A stretch of DNA of 64,000 nt, taken from assembly GCA_032718475.1 (NCBI GenBank), contig JAUCBJ010002518.1:1-64000 (forward strand). The letters run 5' to 3'. A model generated the notes under the pieces. The model saw only the letters and a list, made by a program, of their open reading frames with translations, searched no databases and was not told the origin of the DNA. Shown here piece after piece: positions 24,680 through 37,175 of this stretch (positions are counted from its first letter, which is position 1; every line of letters begins with the position of its first letter). This DNA is from Nemertoderma westbladi (lineage: Eukaryota; Animalia; Xenacoelomorpha). A program made the position numbers and the translations under genes.

Positions 24680-25165
24680 GGGGGGGGGGGGGACATTTTC
24701 AAAGTGTTCAAAAAACCTTTCAAACGAGCCATAAATTATCGAATTTGGGTGAAAAACGGCGGAGGAGTAGTATTTTGAAAAATGGAAATATCGTGAAATG
24801 TAATTCCGAGATAATTTGCTTTAAAATTTGAACCTTCCCGCTCAAACCTGACTGTCTGTAGTCTGTTAATCGGTCAGTAATGATTGACACTATGGCTTCA
24901 TACCAACTCACTAAAATTATCAATATGGGGGTTTTCGGGGTCGGTGATTTCGTTTCTGATGTCAGTTTTAATGTTTGGTGGCATCTCATATGTCTGTCTT
25001 CTAAATTTTGACGGACAAACTGATAGACTGAAAGACAGCGATCTCGCCAAGCTGTTTCAAGATTTGAACTCCCCATTAAATTCTGCATCAGATGAAATAG
25101 AAAACCAAAAATGTGAAAATTTTACCCAAGGAGGGGGGTACCCCCCCCCCCCCCCCCCCCTCCCC
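24680..25165. mobile_element. Non-autonomous TTAA-flanked DNA transposon (Kolobok-like MITE)
   Basis: TTAA at 24676-24679 and 25166-25169 around G-run/C-run termini; no credible coding capacity. Confidence 0.5.
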
Positions 25166-27009
25166 TTAATGGGACGTTTCGAATAACCTGTGCTAATTTT
25201 CACGGTGAGGCATATTGATGTTTCCATCAATCCCAGGGTGAACTGCGGTTATAAATCCAAGAGGCCATTGCATACGGGGTGCGTTGCCTTTAATTGGCTT
25301 AACGATGACAACCACTCCTATGTTAGGGATAATCAGATTCTTAGTTGTAGACCAACAACGATATTCGCACAAACTTGTAAGATATTCCAGAATTTTCAGG
25401 ATTAAGGCTTAAGAATTTTCATTCTTAAGAGGAACGATTTAATCTTATTATGGCTAAATTGCTAGATGATACGAAAGTGGAAGAATTATCGCTTATCATT
25501 CGATTCGGAGTGCCACGGCGGCTTATGAATCTACGAATTTACATTGCAAGGAAAGTTTATAATTTCACCAAAATGTTAGTAAAGATTTTTCGCATAATGA
25601 TATTGGGTTTGCTTTATTGATTTCAGTTTGAAACAACAATAGTTTACGTTACAACAGCTACTTCGGGGACGAGGCTTTTTTTAGGTCGACAAATCCAATT
25701 GGCGAGGTTACATGCCCTCGTTTAGTAGATAAGTCGTTAAAAAATCAGACAAATTTCGGTTGCACTGGAAACAGTAGTAGGGTCTTGGGCGGCTTTGTCA
25801 CAGTTGGACCCCATTCATGACTCATCGATGAGTCACAACACCCATAGAGTGTCATTGGGTGTCATTGGCGCCAGACAGTCGGGGTGTCACCCCCCAATTA
25901 GGCTAATTAAACCCTAATTGAAGGGTGTCATCAATTAATTAGTACATTTAATCCCAAATATGTGTCTTACGATTCCTAATTAGGGTTTAATTGTTTATGC
26001 TAATTAATCAGACCGACTAGCGCCCTAACACCTAATGGGTCATGAGTGATGTCCAACCATCACCTAGAGGCCCAGGTGGGTGTCATAAGTGACACCTCTG
26101 CTGTTTCCTAACTTCTTTAGCTATATCTAAGCAGCTTTAATGTTGACCTTTGACCCCAAGCAGCTTTAACCAAGCAGCAGGTTTTTAAAATTGGTTGTAT
26201 CCAAGCCCCCCCCCCCCCCCCCCCCCCCCCCTCGTGACACCTCTGATAAGTAATTACACTTAGCTGTTTCCAAGCGCCCCATCCCCTCATCCAATAGACT
26301 CTAATAATCCTATACTAATTAGCATAGGGTCCTCTATAGTAACCTATTTCTGTTATACCCCAAGGGTAATGAACCAACGGTCTTATCTTCGTTATTCAAT
26401 GGTGCCTCTTTGGCTGCCATTGAATAACATTGGGCATGCCACAACTGGCCTCCCTCGAGTTCTGATTGGCTGCCTAACGCGCTCCGATTGGCTAATCAAT
26501 TCTAGCCCCCCTCTATAATAGCCCTCGTTCACCGTATTCCCATTCATTATCTAATTTTTATTATTGAAAAGTTTTAGTTATTTTTCTTAAAAGTATTTAT
26601 TTATTTATTTAATATCTTTCTTAAAGTAAGTATTTATTGTTACAATTATGTTATTGTATTATGGATAATTTAAATCGCCGCGATTCCGATTACCCCACTC
26701 TAGGTAAACCGAGGATAGTAATAGATTTTCAATATTAAACTATTCATTCGCGGGACAAACAATCCACCAGCGCTACTGATGTTCCCCAGTCTGCCGCTAG
26801 AGGGCGAAATGTTTGATAGTGAAAACCTGATTTCATTCGATTGCTTTTAAACCATTTAGGTGAAACTTGGTAGACATCTACTATCTCATAGGCTATACTT
26901 TACTGAGGAGGTTGATCGACCCGCAGTTGTCCCTGTCTGCTGCTAAAGACTCGAATTTAAGACCTGAGGCACTCCTAAAGTCTCGAGTTTTAGGTCTGAG
27001 CCACAGATT

Positions 27010-27355
27010 ATGCCTCACTGAGACACAGACTATGCCTCACACTGAGGCACAGACTATACCTCACTGAGGCGCAGACTATGCCTCACTGAGGCACAGACTA
27101 TGCCACACTGAGGCCGGGTCTATGCCTCACTGAGGCACTGAGGCACAGACTATGCCTCACTGAGGCTAAGACTATGCCTCACTGAGGCACAGACTATGCC
27201 TCACTGAGGCACTAAGGCACAGAATATGCCTCACTGAGGCACTGAGGCACAGACTGTGCCTCTCTGAGGCTCAGACTATGCCTCACTGAGGTACTGAGGC
27301 ACAGACTATGCCTCTCTGAGGCTCAGACTATGCCTCACTGAGGCACTGAGGCACA
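27010..27355 (+). repeat. 22-bp palindromic minisatellite TGCCTCACTGAGGCACAGACTA
   Basis: Tandem units with 9-bp half-unit additions; further arrays at 29378-30010, 30565-30772, 61741-62500. Confidence 0.9.
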
Positions 27356-27809
27356 GATTAAGGGTCTAAGGCCTTCAAGCTGATCATTTGCTTAGTTTTC
27401 TAATTAGAAGGTCGTGTGTTCGAACCCTAGAAGAGCATTATTCTTTTTCTTAGCTCTAGGCTGACTCTAGTGTACACATACTTTGACTCTCCCAGCTATA
27501 GTGATAGTATGCAACCTTGGGAGTTAATGCGCTGTCTTACGAGTAAAGGCCAAGAGATTAGACTTCAGGTTGCCTCCATTGATTTACTCTTCTTAACTTT
27601 ATAAAATAACTCAACCCTTATTTAAAGTTTTAAAAATTATGTCTTAGTAGACCAATTTTCCAAAGAATATTATAAAAACATATAATTTCTTGAATAAATA
27701 GACCTAATAGTAATAAATATTGTGGGGTAAATACATTTATAATACTAATATAATTATTATGGATAAATAGCCCTAATACTATTATGAAAGGAACTCAAAC
27801 AAACAAATG

Positions 27810-28917
27810 TCAATAGCGTCGTCCTGCGCGGGCATTTACTGAACGAGAGTTTTTTATCATAGGTCTTCGAAAATTAGTAAAAGCTGGTTGATTTACTTTA
27901 CTTTCATCTTCCTCATTACCCAACTGTTTCTTAATTTTATTCAATTGTTCATTAATTTTCAGTAATTTACTTTTATTTCCCAGAACCTGTCTTAATATCT
28001 CTTCTCTATTTTCCTCATTTTCTTCCATTTGTTTAATAAATTTCCGCATTTGATTTTTGTTTCCTAATATTTGTCTCAATATCTCTTCTTTATTTTCATC
28101 ATTCTCTTCTAAATGTTTAATAAATTTCTGTAATTTAATTTTACTTCCTAGGACTTGGGTCAATGTCGCCTCTTTATTTTCTTCATTTTCCTTCAAATGT
28201 TTAATAATTTTCCGCAATTGATTCTTATTTCCAAGTAATTGCCTCTTTATTTCCTCATTATCATCATTTTCATCCTCTTCTCCACTTTCCTGATCTTCAC
28301 TTTCTTCACCCTCTTTCTGACCTTCACTTTCTTCATCCTCTTCCCCGCCTTCACTTTCTTCATCCTCTTCCTGTTCTTCACTTTCTTCATCCTCTTCCTG
28401 TTCTTCACTTTCTTCATTCTCTTCCTGACCTTCGCTATCTTCACCCTCTTCTTGACCTTCACTTTCTTCATTCTCTTCCTGACCTTCGCTATCTTCACCC
28501 TCTTCTTGATCTTCACTTTCTTCATCCTCTTCCTGATCTTCACTTTCTTCGTTCTCAACTTCACTCTCTTCAACTTCATCCTGACCCTCACTATTTTCAT
28601 TCTCCATCTCATCATCCTCTTCTTCTCCATCTTTCTCACTCAAATTTTCCTCATTTTCTAGGGGTAACTGTTTTTGTATCCCTTTCAAAATATTCATAAC
28701 TTTATGAAATTTACTTTCCATTGTCTGTTTTATATTTAATATTATCACGCTCATCTCTCTTTTTCTTTTCATCTTCACTAAAAATATCTTCGGATTTTTT
28801 AAATTTTTTTGGTAATGGAGCCATTAGTTTTTCCTTTCTATGTGTTTCCATATGACGAGATAAATTGTCTTGTCTCATTTCTTTATTACAAACCAAACAA
28901 CTTTCATGTCTATGCAT
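27810..28917 (-). pseudogene. C2H2-finger + Glu-rich + helical-repeat protein with one frameshift
   Basis: CLVC..NLSRHMETH finger (28711-28917) joins the acidic ORF (27810-28778) if one extra A near 28743 is removed; the paralogues at ~4885 and ~60270 lack that base. Confidence 0.7.
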
Positions 28918-29377
28918 TATATAGCAATGTCAATTGATAATATTGAATTTTAGCTAAATGATTTTACAAAATTTTAAATAAATTAAACTTTTATGAAAAT
29001 AAATAAAACTTTTTAATATAAAACTTAGAGAATGACTGGGAATGCGTTGAACGGGGGTTATTATAGAGGGAGGCTAGAATGGATTATCCAATCAGAGTGC
29101 GAGGGTGAGTTAGGCAGCCAATCAGGACTCGAGGGAGGAAAGTTAGACAGCCAATGAGAGAGTAGATGCGAGTACAGTGGTAAAGCCCATCCATAGTTTG
29201 ATAACGTCACACTAACTCTCAAGGATAGTTATACTCACCATTCAAATATCCCTCGCAAACCAGATTCCCCCCCCCCCCCCCCCTAGCATCTAAAGTATTC
29301 CACTTCAATGCAAAATATATAGAGCTTTAGTTGGATTTGAACCTGTGCTTGTAAACTTTTTTGTGCTCGTATATTGA

Positions 29378-30010
29378 AGTGAGGCATAGACTATGCCTCA
29401 CTGAGGCATAGTCTATGCCTCAGTGAGTCATAGTCTATGCCTCAGTGCCTCAGTGAGGCATAGTCTATGCCTCAGTGAGGGATAGTCTATGCCTCAGTGC
29501 CTCAGTGAGGCATAGTCTATGCCTCAGTGAGTCATAGTCTATGCCTCAGTGCCGCAGTGAGGCATAGTCTATGCCTCAGTGAGGCATAGTCTATACCTCA
29601 GTGCCTCAGTAAGGTATAGTCTATGCCTCAGTGAGGCATAGTCTATCCCTCAGTGAGTCATAGTCTATGCCTCAGTGCCTCAGTGAGGTATAGTCTATGC
29701 CTCAGTGAGGCATAGTCTTTGCCTCAGTGCCTCAGTGAGGCATAGTCTATGCCTCAGTGAGGCATAGTCTATGCCTCAGTGCCTCAGTGAGGCATAGTCT
29801 ATGCCTCAGTGCCTCAGTGAGTCATAGTCTATGCCTCAGTGAGGCATAGTCTATGCCTCAGTGCCTCAGTGAGGCATAGTCTATGCCTCAGTGAGTCATA
29901 GTTTATGCCTCAGTGAGGCATAGTCTATGCCTCAATGCCTCAGTGAGACATAGTCTATGCCTCAGTGAGACATAGTCTATGCCTCAGTGCCTCAGTGAGG
30001 CATAGTCTGT
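29378..30010 (-). repeat. Palindromic 22-bp minisatellite, inverted orientation
   Basis: TGCCTCAGTGAGGCATAGTCTA units. Confidence 0.9.
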
Positions 30011-30071
30011 GTCAGGTCTTAAATGAGAGTCTTACAAATTCGAACGTCAACGAACAAATTCGAAGGTTACT

Positions 30072-30145
30072 GTTCCACCTTGGTGTAGTGGTTGCGTTGA
30101 ATTCACATCTCCCGTATGTCATGGGTTCGATCCTCACATGAACCA
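30072..30145 (+). ncRNA. tRNA-like sequence with Pol III A and B boxes (probably pseudo-tRNA)
   Basis: TGGTGTAGTGG (A box) and GGTTCGATCC (B box) at tRNA-like spacing; cloverleaf not confirmed. Confidence 0.35.
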
Positions 30146-31469
30146 GGGCAGTTTTCGTTTGGTTAGCAATAGGCCTAACGTTGCAAAATGCAGTATTATT
30201 GCCTAGTAACCAATTCATGGCTATCGTATGGTTTTCACTTTAAGACATTTCGCCCTCTAGCGGCAGCCTGGGGAACTTCAGACTACTCTGTGACTCTGCA
30301 AAAGATATGGCCTATGCCATAGTAGATGTCGATTGGGGGGTCAAATTAGGTAATAATATATCTAAATAAGCCTCAAACATCTTGCCTCATGGCTCGCCCC
30401 TTAGAACCCTTAAGCAATATAACTTCATAGTTTTGCGGATTGTAAATAACAAAGCTAGAGAAGATGTTAATTTTTAAATAATACGCCCTCTAGCGGTAGA
30501 CAGGGGAACTTCATACTACTCTGTGACTCCGCAAAAGATATAGCCTATGCCGTAGTAGATGGCCACACTGAGGCCGGGTCTATGCCTCACTGAGGCACTG
30601 AGGCACAGACTATGCCTCACTGAGGCACTAAGGCACAGAATATGCCTCACTGAGGCACTGAGGCACAGACTGTGCCTCTCTGAGGCTCAGACTATGCCTC
30701 ACTGAGGTACTGAGGCACAGACTATGCCTCTCTGAGGCTCAGACTATGCCTCACTGAGGCACTGAGGCACAGATTAAGGGTCTAAGGCCTTCAAGCTGAT
30801 CATTTGCTTAGTTTTCTAATTAGAAGGTCGTGTGTTCGAACCCTAGAAGAGCATTATTCTTTTTCTTAGCTCTAGGCTGACTCTAGTGTACACATACTTT
30901 GACTCTCCCAGCTATAGTGATAGTATGCAACCTTGGGAGTTAATGCGCTGTCTTACGAGTAAAGGCCAAGAGATTAGACTTCAGGTTGCCTCCATTGATT
31001 TACTCTTCTTAACTTTATAAAATAACTCAACCCTTATTTAAAGTTTTAAAAATTATGTCTTAGTAGACCAATTTTCCAAAGAATATTATAAAAACATATA
31101 ATTTCTTGAATAAATAGACCTAATAGTAATAAATATTGTGGGGTAAATACATTTATAATACTAATATAATTATTATGGATAAATAGTCCTAATACTAATA
31201 TAATTGTTATGGATAAATACTCCTAATACTAATATAATTGTTATGGATAAATAGCCCTAATACAATTATGAAAGGAACTCAAACAAACAAATGTCAATAG
31301 CGTCCTCCTGCGCGGGCATTTACTGAACGAGAGTTTTTTATCATAGGTCTTCGAAAATTAGTAAAAGCTGGTTGATTTACTTTACTTTCATCTTCCTCAT
31401 TAACAAACTGTTTCTTAATTTTATTCAATTGTTCATTAATTTTCAGTAATTTACTTTTAGTTATAATCT

Positions 31470-34400
31470 ATACTCTAGTGAGTACGGCCCCAGGAAGAAT
31501 TAGAAGTGGATCTGGATAAACCGCTTCTGCCATCCTTGCTCCGATCTTGGGCGTCAACTCTTCAGTGTATGAACTACTAGAGTTATCGTGCCGTTGAGAA
31601 ATAAGTTCTCGGTTCGGGTGCTGCTGCTGTTTAACAGCTGCTTCTTGGTCCCGCTTAACTTGAGCCCTAGTGCCTATAATAGACCTATGGTGCTTTACTA
31701 GCGTAGGGTCTGAAACTACTACTGTAGGGATGACCTTTCTTACAGTAGGAGGGGACTTGGACTTTGGTCTCAGATGTTCGATACTCTTATCGAGTTACAG
31801 ACTGTTCTTTCTAGGAGACTATCTGACAGGGTTTGTTTTGTGTCAGCCATGATTTATTTTACAGTTGAATGCCTACTACTATAACGACAGTTAAAGTAAG
31901 TCTAGTAATTCAGTATCAACTGTAAGCCTAGTAATTAATTACCGATACCGTTACTCAGTGTAACGTGATATATATATAATATTAAAATACCGGTATACGC
32001 TTATAGTATATATATAAGTATTATTTACAGACTAGGTTCAGTCACAGAATACCGGTATATAATTTCAGCCTAAATTTATATAAATAAATATAATAAGCTT
32101 ACCGTAAATACCGGTAATGTCAATTATTTAATAATAACTGAGTTTCTGAATTTTAGGGTTACTTCCCTTTACTTTATTACTGATATTAAACAGTAGTTCA
32201 ACTGATATTAAGACCTAATTGATGTATGACAGGCCTACTATTTTATAAATCTGTTTGAGTTGATTTATAAATATATATATACCCGTACAATGGGTTTTGA
32301 TAATGTTTGAAATAAATGTTATTATTTCTAGATAAAGCAAAGAGTCACTACACAGAAGCTGAATGCTCTCAGTGGAGTGCTACTTGTTGGACACTAATAC
32401 GGATAATTCTACTTTACTAAGTTACTTATCACTACAAATTACTTACAATTACTAACAGGTTGAGATTACAATCTCTAAATAAACAATAAACAAGTTACAC
32501 GTACAATTTTTTAGGGTAATTTTACAAGAATTCTACGAACCAGCCTAACAAGGAGTTAGAATTTCTGGTTCTTACTAACTGACAGGAAACTATGGTAGTT
32601 GAAACCAATAAAGTAGTAGTAAGTAAGTTGCGTTGTCCAGATAAGGAAATACCACTGTCTGACGACTTATAGTCTTAAACTCTATAAGTACTACATTATG
32701 TACCCGGAGTGTCCTTACCTAGAGGTTAATTATCGAAGCCAACCAGAACTAACGTACCTATTAACCACGTTACAACGCAAATATACTGCCTACACACTAA
32801 ATTACTTTCGGAAAGCACTGTACTCGAAACCCTAAATTAGGTACAAGTACTTATACAACAAAAAACCAGCAGTTAAATATACTTGAACAGCCAAAAGAAC
32901 CATGGTATCTGCTGGAGTGACCTGAGCACAAAATCACCATTCTTTACCTACACCAAGCAGCCCTGATGTAATACCGGGGTTAATTTAACTATAATGGTAT
33001 GTATAACAAGCACAATTACTGTAGGAATAAACTTAGGGAATTGGAGGTTGCGAATACTCACATAGACTCTGAATAATAAATATTACGCTACCCGTGCAGA
33101 CTATTTAAACAAAACACAGACCAAATGTTGGCAGACTACTGCCAAGCCTAAATAAACTACAGTATATGCAGACTCCAAAATGGTTAGTTAGTAGGCGTTC
33201 TAACCAAGTAGTACGACTTATTCTTTTGGGGGGGATTTACCTTACAGCACTGGATGCCCCCACCTTCCTAACTAGCACTTTATCGGACAGACACTCTACA
33301 CACACTGCAATCGCCTCAGACCTAACAACAGTTAGACAACAATCCGGCCTACAAATTATTTATACAATCTAAGCAGGCTTACACACCTTCTGCTCAATAT
33401 TACACTTACAGATAAATAAAACTGACAGAAATAAGTAAAATCCCAATAAAACCAGGGCTGCAGTCCCCGATTAAATATCAAGACCTACCGGTATATAATT
33501 ATCACAATCGAAATAATACTTTTGTACCTGTAAGTACCGGTTCGGGTGATTAGGCCTACAGCTTACCGTCTGACCGGTACATTCGACTTTATTGCCTACG
33601 GCGCAATAAAGAAACTAAATCTATTAATGTTCTTACCAGAACATTAGACAAAGTATATTTATTGCCTACTGTGCAATCAAGAAACTGAAATCTATTAATG
33701 TTCTTACCAGAACATTAGACAAAATATATTTATTGCCTACTGCGCAATAAAGAACCAAATCTATTAATGTTCGCGCTTTTAGACCTTTAGCAGTTTAACC
33801 TGCCAATTTTAGTTGTCCTTTTGTTTATAAATCGACTTTAGCCTATATCAATTACCTAGTGTACTGGAGTTACATCAGCCGAAGCCAGTCTGTGCGCGAC
33901 CTTTCACCCACGGTTTTGGGAGACTGGACTCGGATTCCTTGATAGTGATTGCGGTGTAGACCTACTGTATTATTCAATTGATCGTTACTATATAATCTCA
34001 GACAATGTATTTACTTTCGGGGAAATATTAACAGTTCCTTTAGGACGTGGCGCTTTAAGTATAAAAACAGAGTTATGACTTATACTAATCACAACTAGAT
34101 GGCCACAGAGTTTCGTAAATAGCGTATTCTTTAGGAGATGCTTTATTATCTTTCACACTACTTCACACGACTTCACACTACTTCACACTACTGCGCACTA
34201 ATCTGCCGACCGTCACTGAATTTGATCATATATAAGGAAAATCGCAACTGACACTTGTAGGGATTATGAAATAGCATTTAATTCACACAAAAACCACTAT
34301 AATTTAAGTCGCAGTTGTTACCGGTAAACCTGTTCCTCTTACCTTCAGTAATCAATAAGATTGGGGGTTTTATGATTATTTATCGGTATTCTCCAAATAT

Positions 34401-34483
34401 GACAACATATCCATTAATATAACAACAATTAATAACAGACCGTAAACAGAAGTAAAATAATGTGGTGAACAGTCAGTATGTGT
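31470..34483 (-). repeat. ~3-kb direct repeat, copy A (leader or long LTR of outer BEL/Pao element)
   Basis: Near-identical to 55631-58633 (offset 24161). Confidence 0.9.
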
Positions 34484-34976
34484 TACTTATGAAAGCCCGG
34501 TGAGACGGGTGGTGAGTGGATTGGATTGATATGTGTAGCAATGTTCCATGATAATAGATATACGTTCTTATAATCAAAGCCATCTGATGTTTAGGCCAAA
34601 GTCTGAAACTTCTACACAGAAGTACAGAAGATTCTGAGCCGGTTCTGGTGCTCAGAAAAATAGTAAACAAAGACCGTAATGCATTGCGCGAGTTTCCATA
34701 GGCCTCTGTCAGACATAAGGGGGAAAATCGTTCTGATTGGCTGAATAGGCAGAACAAAGAAAACAGAGAATCAGCTGATAGATGTCGTCACACCAGCTCC
34801 AATTCCTTCCCGTCGCGTAGTTGGACAAATTCAGGGCTATTTTAGAGTATTCTGCGCATTGCGGAAAAATGACTTGTTATGTCCGAAAAGCTTTTACACC
34901 GCTCCCAGAAAATGGGATTTAAGTTTATAAAATATAAAAAATCACAGTTTCTAAAATACAAAAAAACTCTAAACTA

Positions 34977-37175
34977 TTAGTCCTTCTTACGTGAACGGCG
35001 TTTACGAAGTTTTTTGAGGCTAGTAAGAGTCCTTTTCTCTTTGGGGCGAGCCACTTTACTAGGAGGGCTATAACTCCTGGGTGAGGGGTGCAATACAATT
35101 GCATCGGAAGGTTCAGGGTTGCGGTCGGTGTATCCGCCGGTCGAGGTACCCGGTTGATCGATATCAACCTCAGTGGAACGAGGTCGAACAACCTTTAGAG
35201 CGCGTTTCAGGACAGCAGCTCTCACTGGTCCCTGATGGGTCGTTTGCACAAGAGCGGTAGGCGGACCGTGAGTAGTGAGAAATTTCCTCAGTTTGAAGGT
35301 TCTTTCCAACTCGCGTTCTCGGGCTCTATATTCATAGGGTCGTCTATGAACTTCCTGTAGCTCTGGATGCGAGTTTATGAACAAGTCACCGCGGGATTTA
35401 TCATTGGTAAAAACCTTAAACTGTGTGTACGATCTTCCGGTTTCACCACATAATATTGAGTTAAATTGACATAATAAGGATGGTCTTTGATTCCATAAAA
35501 TGAGTTCGGTAAAGGTCTAGCGCGTAGGTCGTGTACCATACGACGGACAAGATCAGCTCGATTGTCCGGAGGTTCAACGAGTATACCGTCGACACGAGCA
35601 GCCTCAATTGGCAGACGTTGTAACATAGGAGCGTCAGCGATAAGTTCTCTAGATCTTAGGTTGATATCAACCGGTTGGGGTTGTACCATGGCGAAGAGTT
35701 TGTCTCCGAAATGGGGAACCATCGAGGGATGAATGATGGTTTTGGAATAGAGATCAGTAATAAGGGTTTGAGCTTCTGGTTGGGCTAAAGCTGCTTCTTC
35801 TCTCTCGTCCATTTCGATGTGCTTCTCCTCGAGCTGATTTTCCTCCGCTTGTCATTGGAAGCGTTCGTCTAAAAACTCTTGTAGAGAGTAGGTTGGTCCA
35901 AGTTCGATGTCTTCCTCAAGGTTCTGGATTTCTCGATCGAACTGGGGTAAGGCCAATTCCTTTACCGCTTGGACTTGCTGCTGCAATTTAAGTTTATCTA
36001 AACAATCGGTAAGTTCCTTTTCCAATCTTTTGCCGAATAGCGCCTAACGCGTTTCGTACAACGCTCTCCTCCACCTCTGTGACGGGTTGTATCAGGGTTA
36101 AACCGGGACGATTATACGGGTTGAACGGTGATATTAAATGTCCGCGTCCCAATCCGGCTAGGTAGGATGGGCGAATATCTAGAGAGCCCACTACCGGAGT
36201 GCCACCGACTAATTGTTCGGGTAACACTAGATCTTTGAACAGTGAGTACAGTTCAGGAGGATCCGTCATACTATTAGGATCAAGAGTCTGAGGTCTCACC
36301 AGGGAATGAGGAGGTCTGACCGAGTATTCCGGAACTCTGATCATAGGTTTGTTTAAGGATCGTTTGAGTCAAGCAACCGTAGGTGATATGTCGAACAAGT
36401 TTCGCTCGAAACTTCCGTAAGTATAGCGAGTAAAACTGTGTTTAGCGCAACGTCTCTGCGGATGTTTTTGTCTTTCCGTTTGTTGGTTGGGTCTAGGGCA
36501 TTCATCACAATAATACCAAAGACGCACGTCTTGTAGGGGAAACGCTGGTGATCTTTCTCCAGTTTTACAATATTCCTTCATCTGTTCGAAGCTATCCGGT
36601 ACAACAGGTAGCGGTCGATTGGTGGTGAGATACATCATAGTGAAATAGAGTCGTTTGAGTTCGATCATAGGGTTATGATGTATACCTTGAGGATATCGAG
36701 TTTCTAAATTTTGTTGACTGGCTACATTGAGATATGTTTCTCTCAAGAATTCCAAATAGTCGTTGAAGTCACTGCGTTTATCCGGCTCTTCAACGTCTTC
36801 TCTCTCGAGACGGTTTCGAATAGAATTTTCGTGTTCGATTCTCAGTTTATCGTTCCGACTCCGCTGGGCATGATATTTAAACAGGATCATTTCCCTTTCG
36901 GTGTCTACATCGTCCGTATCGTGTAAATCGATAAGATGACCAGTAGTTAAGAAGTCCATATACGTACCATTACGATGCGAATAGCGAGCGGTGAATTTTC
37001 TATAGTCCAATTCACGTGTGAGCTGTTCCTTTGACATTGGCGGTTCTATATAACGGCCATCGTCCTCCGTAGTAGGTTGACTAGCGTCGCCGCTTATTAA
37101 ACTATCAACAAACGCTTGCAATGGTAGGGTATATCGCTCCTTGATACCAAGATCATCTTCTATCAACTCAGTCAT
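34977..37175 (-). pseudogene. Accessory ORF region downstream of pol in outer BEL/Pao element (fragmented)
   Basis: Four co-oriented, nearly abutting ORFs (268, 116, 145, 135 aa) with bridging coding-like sequence at 35813-35995; CDEC..H..C motif; basic C-terminus. Confidence 0.6.

Noticed and set aside
28239-28661. Phe-rich and Lys-rich ORFs (also 59794-60194)
   Set aside because: Alternative-frame and antisense shadows of the Glu-rich repeat.
34471-34792. Self-complementary PBS in the outer BEL/Pao element
   Set aside because: No complement of the adjacent bases was found within the candidate LTR, and its boundaries are uncertain.
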